A stretch of DNA of 64,000 bases from Chryseolinea sp. (GTDB lineage: Bacteria; Bacteroidota; Bacteroidia; Cytophagales; Cyclobacteriaceae): positions 139,253 to 203,252 of the forward strand of contig JBGSQQ010000030.1 of the NCBI GenBank assembly GCA_041737945.1. Reading direction: 5' to 3'. Of this stretch, positions 38,400 through 46,699 are shown one piece after another. How positions within the stretch are numbered: the stretch's first letter is position 1; the number at the start of each line of letters is the position of its first letter. A program made the translations under genes and the position numbers. The notes beneath the pieces are model-generated. The model was not told the DNA's origin and searched no databases. It was given only the letters and a program-made list of their open reading frames with translations.

Positions 38400-39785
38400 A
38401 CGATGATTGTAGTTTCTCTTGGCCTACGTCTCCTTCTTACTTGCATCTAATTTTCCGCCGTCGAACTTGTAGGTCACACAGCCGTAGGTATATTGCAAAT
38501 GAATCCCCACCCGAATCAGTGTGCCATGTTACGCGCCAAACACCCAGAAAACACCTATTGACTTTTTCCTGGCGCGTGGGCCCATGCTTTTTGCTGGCGC
38601 CGGGTTGAAACCCGGCGCTACAATAGTGCCGCCCCGCTGGGGCTTGTCTTAGCTGGTGGACGTTCTTTTCAAAATCGTCATTGCGAGGTTGCTTACTTGC
38701 GCAGCAAGTATATGCAACCGTGGCAATCCCCGTTCTACGTAGCGCGCACGTTGTAGTTCGGGGTTGGCCTGCCGGCAGGCTTTACGCTTACGCACAAGAC
38801 CAACGCTCCAGTTCGCAATGACGTGGACTTCCAACAGACCCGGCGCTACTTACCACTAACTTCTACCTTCAAACTTGTAGACGAGATAGCTTTGTTATTT
38901 TGCAAATGAACCCCCACCCGAATCAGTGTGCAAGGTTACGCGCCAAACATCCAACGAACATCAATTGACTTTTTCCTGGCGCGTGGGCTCGTGCAATTTG
39001 ATAGCGCCGGGTTGAAACCCGGCGCTACAATAATGTCGCCCCGCCGGGGCTGTCTGAACTGGTGGATGCTCTTTTTAAAATCGTCATTGCGAGGTTGCTT
39101 ACTTGCGCAGCAAGTATTCCGATAACTCCCGATAGCCAGTATGTTTGAAAATGCATAGGTCTTGCGAACTTTAATTAACCACAATTAAAGGCGTAAACCA
39201 CAAAAACCTATGCAAGAGAAAATTAACGAAAAGACATTTGAGGGTCAATCAATTTATGTTGGAATTGATGTTCACAAAAAGGACTGGAAAGTGACAATCA
39301 TGACAGCCGAGCTATCATACAAGACATTTTCATCTGTTCCCAAGGCAGAAAAGTTAGCTATCGGGACGGGAGCAACCGTGGCAATCCCCGTACTACATAG
39401 TGCGCACGTTGTAGTCCGGGGTTGGCCTGCCGGCAGGGTAGGGTGGTGAGTGGGTTGCTCACTTAGGATTTTTGCCGTCTGATCTGGCTTACGTGGCTAC
39501 TTCCTTACTTACTGTCTAATTCTATCTTCGAACTTTTAAGGCACACAGCTTTGGCATATTACAAATGAACCCCACCCGAATCAGTGTGCAAGGTTACGCG
39601 CCAAACATCCATGGAACATCTATTGACTTTTTCCTGGCGCGTGTGCCCATGCTATTTGTTGACGCCGGGTTGAAACCCGGCGCTACAATAGTGTCGCCCC
39701 GCTGGGGCTTTGCCTGACCTGGCGCAGGTTTCAAACGAGATCAAATGACGAATAGCCCTCTCCTCCGGAGAGGGTTGGGTGAGGC
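38400..39785 (+). repeat. Degenerate tandem triplication of a mosaic repeat unit
   Basis: Three-hairpin units at 38491-38643, 38898-39050 and 39557-39708, each preceded by a CTTCTAA/CTTCGAA-type leader. The first two are followed by GTCATTGCGAGG elements, the third by a 36-mer (39750-39785). Confidence 0.85.
39137..39358 (+). mobile_element. Truncated IS110-family element (left end plus about 49 codons of transposase)
   Basis: The ORF from 39210 reads MQEKINEKTFEGQSIYVGIDVHKKDWKVTIM, the IS110 DEDD N-terminal GIDVHK motif. It is flanked by CTCCCGA-TAGC and TAGC-TATCGGGA. Confidence 0.8.
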
Positions 39786-39825
39786 CTATGTCGCAACCTA
39801 ATTGCGCCAGGAGCCAACACGTTCA

Positions 39826-41007
39826 TCAAAGCTTTAACCGGAACTTCATTTTTTCAAGCAGCACGGGCAACCCAATGCCCATCACCACCGCCCACACAAC
39901 GGATCCGAGGATGACCAGCCCCGGCATCGGTAAATGTTTGTAGAAAAGAAAAGGCAGACTGAATTGCCAGATGATATAGTAGAACATGTCCGGCACGAGG
40001 TAAATGGTAAGTGAATTGGCACCTGCCGGCTGTAGAAAACGACTCCAGTTTACTTTTTTCAAAATATCAATGATCCAGAATAGCAAAGCAAATAGTAGCA
40101 TGGTGATGCCGTTGCAAATGAGCGCCCAGGTGTGTGTTGCCTGAATCTTGGAGATAATGAACCACGGCCGAAAAATGAAACCGGCAGCAATGCTCACCAT
40201 ACCCAACCCGGCAATAACCAAGGCAGTCCGTATAGCATTTTCGGTGGCATATTTTCTCAGGATAATGGTAATGAGCATTCCCGAAAGCACAATGAAAGTA
40301 GCGTTGCCATTGATAATGATGCCAAAGATGGGTCGTACCGGACTAAGAAAATCGAGCAGATGCAATTTTGAAAGCATATTCAGGATGAGGAAGAATAAAA
40401 CGCATACCAGGGTTTTCGAAATGTTGTCGCGGAACCACATGTATACAAAGGCTGCGACCCCGAAACCCCAACCGATTGTCCCAAGAATGCCCCAGGAATT
40501 GAATCGGAAAATTTGATCTTCGGCAGACCTGAAAATATACACCATGGGTAGTATCATCAGAACACCCAGCAGCTGAAGGCCGTAAACGATGTATTTATTC
40601 GTTGACTTGTCGTACGTATACCAAATCAGAAATACGCCGGTATACATGATCATCGACCACAAGCTCTTGGATATTCCGGTGTATGCTGCATCGACACTTC
40701 TCGAGTTGGACATCAGCACGCCGATGATAAGAAGACTTACCATGCGCACAAGAATATGTTTGATCAGCTCTTGTTGATTTTCTCCTTTGGATATCCGGTT
40801 CCCCACGGAATAGGGAATCGACATTCCCACCATAAACATAAATCCGGGGAATACCCAATCAGCCAGACCCATGCCATCGACGTCACCGTCCATATGACCC
40901 AGCCAGGCCGGTACACCGGGCATGTATAGATCATTGACGGATAACATAAGAACCAGATTAAATCCTCTCAGTATGTCGATAGATAGAATGCGGTTACTCT
41001 TTTGCAT
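39826..41007 (-). CDS. DUF5009 / heparan-alpha-glucosaminide N-acetyltransferase-like membrane protein
   Basis: RILSIDILRG..MLSVND, ADWVFPGFMFMVGMSIP and multiple TM segments. Probable start MQKSN at 41007. Confidence 0.85.
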   Translation of the reverse strand: MQKSNRILSIDILRGFNLVLMLSVNDLYMPGVPAWLGHMDGDVDGMGLADWVFPGFMFMVGMSIPYSVGNRISKGENQQELIKHILVRMVSLLIIGVLMSNSRSVDAAYTGISKSLWSMIMYTGVFLIWYTYDKSTNKYIVYGLQLLGVLMILPMVYIFRSAEDQIFRFNSWGILGTIGWGFGVAAFVYMWFRDNISKTLVCVLFFLILNMLSKLHLLDFLSPVRPIFGIIINGNATFIVLSGMLITIILRKYATENAIRTALVIAGLGMVSIAAGFIFRPWFIISKIQATHTWALICNGITMLLFALLFWIIDILKKVNWSRFLQPAGANSLTIYLVPDMFYYIIWQFSLPFLFYKHLPMPGLVILGSVVWAVVMGIGLPVLLEKMKFRLKL

Positions 41008-41157
41008 ATGAAAATGAAGTGACGAATAGCCATCTTCCACTCAGAGGGTTGGGTGAGGCTTAGACCTCTAATTTACTAAACTGGTCTACGTCTTGTCCTT
41101 TGCAGGCGGGTTTATTTTATACTTTCAAGATTGTGACCCTTTCACATAGCGCCGGCA

Positions 41158-41443
41158 TCTTACAGGCGAAACCTACCCCGAATCAGTCTGCCTCGTTGCG
41201 CGCCAGGACGCATACAGATCAAATTGATTTTCCGATGGCGCGCGGACTTGTTTCGTTATTAAGCGCCGGGTTTTACCCGGCGCTACCATATGTCGCCCCG
41301 ACGGGGCTTTGATTGAGTAATTTTGAATTTAGAGACTCTGAACAAGATGGCACTAACCATCTGGATACACGGTAATAAATCCGGAAGAATAAAAAAATAA
41401 AAATGACAAATAGCCCTCTCCTCCGGAGAGGGTTGGGTGAGGC
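41158..41443 (+). repeat. Three-hairpin unit (41158-41307) plus 36-bp repeat (41408-41443); degenerate 36-mer at 41024-41059
   Basis: Same motifs as the 32233 and 39557 copies. The 36-mer abuts the stop codon of the RraA-like gene. Confidence 0.88.
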
Positions 41444-42373
41444 CTAATGATCTTGTTTGGCTATATACGCTTCAATATCCTTTGACGTAATAGCTGTCTT
41501 CTTCGGATATTTTGCGAACCATGCCCGGAACTCATCTTTCATTTTGTCATTCCAATCACCATGCACATCTCCGGATGGATATTTTCCTAACTGCAGTATG
41601 TAGCGCTCAAATTCATCCCGCAAGCCGGTCATTTCTGAAGCGGTGACAAGGCCGTCAACCAGGTAAGCCGGAATAAACATGACGCCATAGTCGTTGGCAA
41701 ACACCACATCGCCCGGGAAAACTGTTACCATGCCAACGCGGATGGGCGCATTAATTGTAGTAGGCGTCATATCCTTAATAGCGGAAGGGTCGTTGCCTTT
41801 TATCCACGCATTAAAACCTTTCGTATCCCGTAACTCTTGCATGTCCCGTATGGAGCCATAAAAAACAACGCCCTTTCCGGTCTTTCCATAAATCGCATTT
41901 CCCAGACTTGAACCAATCAGCGTTCCATCCTTTACTTTTCCAAAACCATCCGCTACATAGATGTCTCCCTTGGTGAGTATATCAATGGGCCAGATGTTAA
42001 TTCCTCCCCGTTGATTGCGTCCTTCCGTTTTGCCTTGAGCTCTCACGTAGGTATCGAGGTCAGGTCTCGTGGGCATGAACTGGACCGTCACGGCGCGGCC
42101 TACCATGGTTTCGCCCGCTTTTAAAATGATCCAGTTATTCTCAAACTGATTATGAAAACCATTCTTTCCCAAATAGCTCCATATCTGTTCGAGTGTACAA
42201 TTCTGCAACCGCTCCAACGTATTGTCCGACACTTTTGGCCGACCATCCGCATAGCGTTCACCCTCCCACTTGGGCGTTAGTGCTTTAACATATTCTGGTG
42301 GAGCCCCAATATGCTGAGCCTGGGCACTCAGGCCCAATAAAACGACGAGGATAATCAACAATGTATTTTTCAT
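41444..42373 (-). CDS. RraA/HMG-aldolase (demethylmenaquinone methyltransferase-like) family protein with signal peptide
   Basis: MVGRAVTVQF, GDIYVADG...G.LIGSSLG, GVVFYGSIRD and VFPGDVVFANDYGVMFIP; N-terminal SPI (LSAQAQ). Confidence 0.8.
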   Translation of the reverse strand: MKNTLLIILVVLLGLSAQAQHIGAPPEYVKALTPKWEGERYADGRPKVSDNTLERLQNCTLEQIWSYLGKNGFHNQFENNWIILKAGETMVGRAVTVQFMPTRPDLDTYVRAQGKTEGRNQRGGINIWPIDILTKGDIYVADGFGKVKDGTLIGSSLGNAIYGKTGKGVVFYGSIRDMQELRDTKGFNAWIKGNDPSAIKDMTPTTINAPIRVGMVTVFPGDVVFANDYGVMFIPAYLVDGLVTASEMTGLRDEFERYILQLGKYPSGDVHGDWNDKMKDEFRAWFAKYPKKTAITSKDIEAYIAKQDH

Positions 42374-42644
42374 AGTGAATTAAGGTTTGTAAAGTCTGAT
42401 ATGCTGACCCTAAACCATATGATTACATATGGTTAGGGATTGGGCAATGGATTCAATTAAACCCAAGCCGCAAACGTTTTAAAGATAGTAAAAGTAATGA
42501 GGATACCTAACGCCGTCTATGTACAAACCTGCCGCCGTTGTGGCAAGTTGACTCGTCATTTAAATTCCAAATTAACAGGATGCTTTGCTTCGTCTCTTAG
42601 AAAAATGTGAAGACGTCGGACATTTCTACCATCGGCCTATGAAT

Positions 42645-42680
42645 GAATAGCCCTCTCCTCCGGAGAGGATTGGGTGAGGC
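42645..42680 (+). repeat. 36-bp repeat copy
   Basis: GAATAGCCCTCTCCTCCGGAGAGGATTGGGTGAGGC, one substitution from the consensus. Confidence 0.9.
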
Positions 42681-42750
42681 AAAGAACGCCAACACGTGAA
42701 CCAGTTCACTACGTATACGGATGTCGGGAAATCAGAATGGCAATTTTTCT

Positions 42751-43155
42751 TTAAAACGTGATTCCGGGAGTACCAGCCCCACTTACTGCTATTACAATGG
42801 CGATGGGAACAAGAATGGCAATCGTTGTTTTCATCGGATCAATTTTCCGCTCTGATATTTTCACAACATTCTTTGCGATATTTTCAATATCGTCCGTAAA
42901 GGTAATTTTGTTTTTCTTGTTGTAACCATTTGGATAAAGGTAACCTACTACACAATCATCATCAACAGCAGTCACGTAAATACGCTGAATTTGCCCCATC
43001 GACAATTCAAATTCATACCGCTTTCCGGTTTCTAATGCTGCCACGAAATCCCGCGTAATTGGCTTATTCCTGGTAATGTCTTTGGTGGAATAGCACGAAG
43101 TGAAAAGTGGCGAAAGGAGTATCAGTATAAATACCAGCCTGATATTTGATTTCAT
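42751..43155 (-). CDS. Hypothetical lipoprotein with C-terminal TM anchor
   Basis: MKSNIRLVFILILLSPLFTSC lipobox; hydrophobic C-terminus. Probable start at 43155. Confidence 0.7.
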   Translation of the reverse strand: MKSNIRLVFILILLSPLFTSCYSTKDITRNKPITRDFVAALETGKRYEFELSMGQIQRIYVTAVDDDCVVGYLYPNGYNKKNKITFTDDIENIAKNVVKISERKIDPMKTTIAILVPIAIVIAVSGAGTPGITF

Positions 43156-43253
43156 GGTGTTTGATTTTAACCGACATAAAAATACAGTCATTGTCATTAT
43201 TCGGCTGACACAAATCATTCATCCATTATCTCAATTCAGTCATGGTTTTTGCC

Positions 43254-43421
43254 GCCTTTGCGAACCGAAGCGGAGCTATGCGGGTACGTGTGAAGCAATC
43301 CCCGCACTACAACGTGCGAACCCTATAGTACGGGGATTGCCACGGTTGCTCCCGGTACCATCGGGATACTTGCCAGGCAAGTAAGCAACCTCGCAAAGAC
43401 GGACAACTCGCCTTTGCGAAC
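43254..43421 (-). repeat. GTC(A/T)TTGCGAGG-type palindromic element, inverted copy
   Basis: The reverse complement matches 38676-38770 (GCGAGGTTGCTTACTTGC..GCAAGTA..GCAACCGTGGCAATCCCCG..GCACGTTGTAGT). Confidence 0.85.
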
Positions 43422-43498
43422 TTATGCCACTATTACCAAATCCATGTTGAATACTCCTCTGAATGGTCTACTTTTGTACTTCACTAATCGCACTGGAT

Positions 43499-43771
43499 AT
43501 GGCCGTCTTAAACATGCAGCAAATAAAAGAAGTCAATGAGGTTATAGCCGAGATCGGGAAATCCGTAAAACCAAAATCTGAGATCGGAGCACACGATAAA
43601 CCATCACTGGTATCCTTGTTAAAAGCGCAGAAACTAAAAAATGAAGTTGTCTATTTTAAATGCAACAGAGAATACTCGGATTCCATCGTTAACCATTTCG
43701 TCAAGGAAAAAGGAGTAATCAAAAACCGGTTTCACAGGAATAGCCAGTCCCATATTTTCATTCTGAAGTAA
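43499..43771 (+). CDS. Small hypothetical protein
   Basis: ORF MAVLNMQQIKEVNEVIAEI..., preceded by a TACTTTTG -7 box (43469-43476), which favours the ATG at 43499. Confidence 0.65.
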   Translation: MAVLNMQQIKEVNEVIAEIGKSVKPKSEIGAHDKPSLVSLLKAQKLKNEVVYFKCNREYSDSIVNHFVKEKGVIKNRFHRNSQSHIFILK

Positions 43772-43791
43772 GCACGTTATACCTCATCCGT

Positions 43792-44598
43792 TTATGAGGG
43801 TGACTTTGACAGATACTCATAGCCGCGGAACAGCACCAGGATCTCCACCACAACGGCCGGCACGAGAATTACATAGCTGATGAAAAACAGCACTACCGTG
43901 ATAAGGGTGCAACCCATCGCAATTTCCAACATACCGGCTATTCGCGACATTTCTCCCATGCCATCCTGCAGACGCATCAGCGCGATACCAAAGATTATGG
44001 ATAATACACCGCCAATGACCGCAGCAGCCGAGTAGGGTATCCATAACATTTCCACATCGTCGGTGGAAAGCGAAGATATATCCAAAATCGCTAGACCGGT
44101 TACCACCCCGATCATCAGGTAGCTTCCGATTTTCAGCAGTGGATTTTCAAAAACAGAACTCAGGATTATAAATCCCCTGGCAAAAAGAATGTAGGCCACA
44201 ACCATCACCAGGGTAAGCGCGATATACACGAGGTTGGTCCATAGCTCCCAGTGTTTTTCGCCGGTAAACCAGGCTACATCCATCGCCCCTAAAATAATTT
44301 CGGCTACCAGGTAAATAGCTCCGGCCACCGCCGCGACCAGCAGGGTATTCGGATTCGCACTGATTGAACTTGTTTTTGTTTTCATAGTGTTCGTGGGATT
44401 GGTGAAAAATGATTCATGACTTTCCCCCAGGGCTGCGAGCAATATTTTTACCGTTGACATGCGCGGTACTATCTGACCCGCCTCAATACGCTGAATGGTT
44501 CGTACACTTACGTGGCTTTTTTCTGCCAGTTCTTCTTGAGTCAGGTTTTTCTCCTTTCGCAAGGCGGTCAGGCGCTTGCCCAGTTCAGGTTGGTGCAT
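43792..44598 (-). CDS. XRE-family HTH protein fused to a multi-TM domain
   Basis: LGKRLTALRKEKNLTQEELAEKSHVSVRTIQRIEAG followed by about 5 hydrophobic segments. Probable start MHQPE at 44598. Confidence 0.85.
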   Translation of the reverse strand: MHQPELGKRLTALRKEKNLTQEELAEKSHVSVRTIQRIEAGQIVPRMSTVKILLAALGESHESFFTNPTNTMKTKTSSISANPNTLLVAAVAGAIYLVAEIILGAMDVAWFTGEKHWELWTNLVYIALTLVMVVAYILFARGFIILSSVFENPLLKIGSYLMIGVVTGLAILDISSLSTDDVEMLWIPYSAAAVIGGVLSIIFGIALMRLQDGMGEMSRIAGMLEIAMGCTLITVVLFFISYVILVPAVVVEILVLFRGYEYLSKSPS

Positions 44599-44800
44599 GG
44601 TGGGTGGTTTTTCTTGGATGTGCAATTTTACGGGTTTAACGTGTTCATGTTGATGGGTGACCGTGCATTTCACCCGTCACTTACCCGCCATTTGAAGACA
44701 TAGGGTATAAATTGAATCATTTCGTGCCTCCTGAGGTGGAAAATTTCCAATTCGATTGCTTTTGTATAATTTGAAGGGCTTTACATAGCGACGATTCCTT

Positions 44801-45361
44801 ATGGCCAATCTGATCTACGCAGGTATTGTATCACTGGATGGCTACTTTGCCGACGCGAATGACAAGTTTGACTGGGCGATGCCCAGCGAAGAGGTACATA
44901 GCTTCATCAATGATCTGGAAAGGAAGATTGGTACACACCTTTACGGTCGCCGTTTGTATGAGATTATGGTAGCCTGGGAAACTATGGATACCCTTGCCGG
45001 CCAATCACCTATTGTCCTGGACTATGCGAACATTTGGAGAGCTGCCGATAAAATTGTGTTCTCAAAGTCTTTAAAGACGGTGTCCAGCGCGAGGACTACC
45101 ATAGAACGTGAATTCAATGGAGAGGCCGTCAGGAATCTGAAAAACAATTCCAGGGCTGATCTGAGCGTTGGTGGACCTGATCTGGCAGCCCATGCGATTA
45201 AAGCCGGAGTGGTTGATGCGTATCACCTTTTTATCACCCCGGTTTTAGTGGGAGGGGGCAAGCCGTTCTTTCCGGCTGATATCCATCTGAACCTCAAATT
45301 AGTGGGCGAATGCCGTTTCGACAATGGTATGGTTCACCTGCATTACAAAACAGTGACGTAA
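44801..45361 (+). CDS. Dihydrofolate reductase-like (RibD C-terminal) protein
   Basis: IVSLDGYFAD, LYGRRLYE, SVGGPDLA and ITPVLVGGGKPFF. Confidence 0.9.
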   Translation: MANLIYAGIVSLDGYFADANDKFDWAMPSEEVHSFINDLERKIGTHLYGRRLYEIMVAWETMDTLAGQSPIVLDYANIWRAADKIVFSKSLKTVSSARTTIEREFNGEAVRNLKNNSRADLSVGGPDLAAHAIKAGVVDAYHLFITPVLVGGGKPFFPADIHLNLKLVGECRFDNGMVHLHYKTVT

Positions 45362-45464
45362 AAAACCTGAAATATTGCGCTATTTTACATCGGTATGATC
45401 GATCACTGACAGTGCCATACCAATGATAATCAAACAACAAAGACAACCAAGACAATAAAACACT

Positions 45465-46622
45465 ATGCTACCTATCAGAACCTTCCACGCACTAAGAAAG
45501 ACAATCGCGATCATTACACTCACCGGCCTCATAACATCCTGTACCACCCGGGAGAAGGAATTTTTTATCATCGAAAGCGAAGGCGCCAAACTGAAAGTGG
45601 AAACGGTTACCGATAGCATCACCATTCCCTTCGGTATGGATTTTCTTCCCGATGGTCGGTTGCTGGTGACTGACAGAGTCGTTGGGAACATGGTGGTGGT
45701 GAACACAGAAACAGGAGCGAAGGAACTGGTGCAAGGTGTTCCTGCCGTATTGGGCCAGGGTGACTGCGGCCTGCTCGACGTACTCGTTCACCCGGACTAT
45801 CAAACTAACGGTTGGATTTACTTTTCTTATACCGAAGGAGACACAACCTCCAATACCATGGTGGTTGATCGCGCCAAACTGGACGGACTGAAACTGGTGC
45901 AGCGGGAAAGATTGTTTACTGCGCTTCCTTATTATAGGAGACCGCTTCATCATGGCACGCGACTGGTGCTCAAAGATGGTTACCTGTTCTTCGGCATGGG
46001 TGAAAAAACGGACCTGAAAGATTCTGCACAAACATTGAGCAATCATCTGGGTAAAATAATTCGCATCCATGAAGACGGACGAGTGCCTGATGACAACCCG
46101 TTCGTGAATACCCCAAACGCCAAACCGGAAATCTGGAGCTATGGACATCGCAATCCCAATGGGTTAACAATAAACCCATCAACCGGCGAACTGTGGGAAC
46201 ACGAGCACGGCCCCAAGGGTGGCGATGAAATAAATATAATCAAACCGACATTGAATTATGGATGGCCCGTAGTAACGTATGGGGTAAACTACGACGACAC
46301 ACCCGTTGGTGAAGGTCTCACGGAGAAGGAAGGGATGGAGCAACCTTTTTATTATTACAAACCTTCTATTGCACCCAGCGGCATGCAGTTTTATACGTCT
46401 GATGTTATTCCCGCCTGGAAAGGCAACTTATTTATTGGTGCCATGGTGCTGAAGCATCTGAACAGACTGGTAATTGAAAACAACAAAGTGGTGAAGGAAG
46501 AACGATTACTCACCGACAAAAACTGGCGGGTACGATCTGTGAAGCAGGGCCCTGATGGCTATTTGTATCTCGGAGTGGATGGTGGAAAGATTTTGCGGAT
46601 TATGCCCATACAATTAAATTGA
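45465..46622 (+). CDS. PQQ-dependent sugar dehydrogenase (glucose/sorbosone type) lipoprotein
   Basis: Lipobox ITSC, GLLDVLVHPDY, IWSYGHRNPNG, EHGPKGGDEIN, NYGWP and IAPSGM. Confidence 0.92.
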   Translation: MLPIRTFHALRKTIAIITLTGLITSCTTREKEFFIIESEGAKLKVETVTDSITIPFGMDFLPDGRLLVTDRVVGNMVVVNTETGAKELVQGVPAVLGQGDCGLLDVLVHPDYQTNGWIYFSYTEGDTTSNTMVVDRAKLDGLKLVQRERLFTALPYYRRPLHHGTRLVLKDGYLFFGMGEKTDLKDSAQTLSNHLGKIIRIHEDGRVPDDNPFVNTPNAKPEIWSYGHRNPNGLTINPSTGELWEHEHGPKGGDEINIIKPTLNYGWPVVTYGVNYDDTPVGEGLTEKEGMEQPFYYYKPSIAPSGMQFYTSDVIPAWKGNLFIGAMVLKHLNRLVIENNKVVKEERLLTDKNWRVRSVKQGPDGYLYLGVDGGKILRIMPIQLN

Positions 46623-46699
46623 TAGTAGCAGGAGTCTTTTACCAGAGTCTTCGTATTTGACTGGGTTGATGATCCCTATTCGTTTTCATTTCCGCAACT

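Noticed and set aside
38045-38834. Short ORFs across the 38-39 kb intergenic region
   Set aside because: They overlap repeat elements and give low-complexity, non-conserved translations.
39137-39214. IS110 left-end stem-loop as a bridge RNA
   Set aside because: Only 73 bp precede the ATG, and the internal-loop sequences (CTTGCGAA / GCGTAAACCACAAAA) do not match the target or donor junction.
32491-42680. 36-bp partly palindromic repeat as a CRISPR array
   Set aside because: Copies are 280 bp to several kb apart with genes in between, there are no uniform 30-40-bp spacers, and no cas genes are in the window.
32233-43421. Classical integron with attC sites
   Set aside because: The repeats lack the RYYYAAC...GTTRRRY core arrangement, most genes have their own long upstream regions, and no intI is present. 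Kept only as an analogy.
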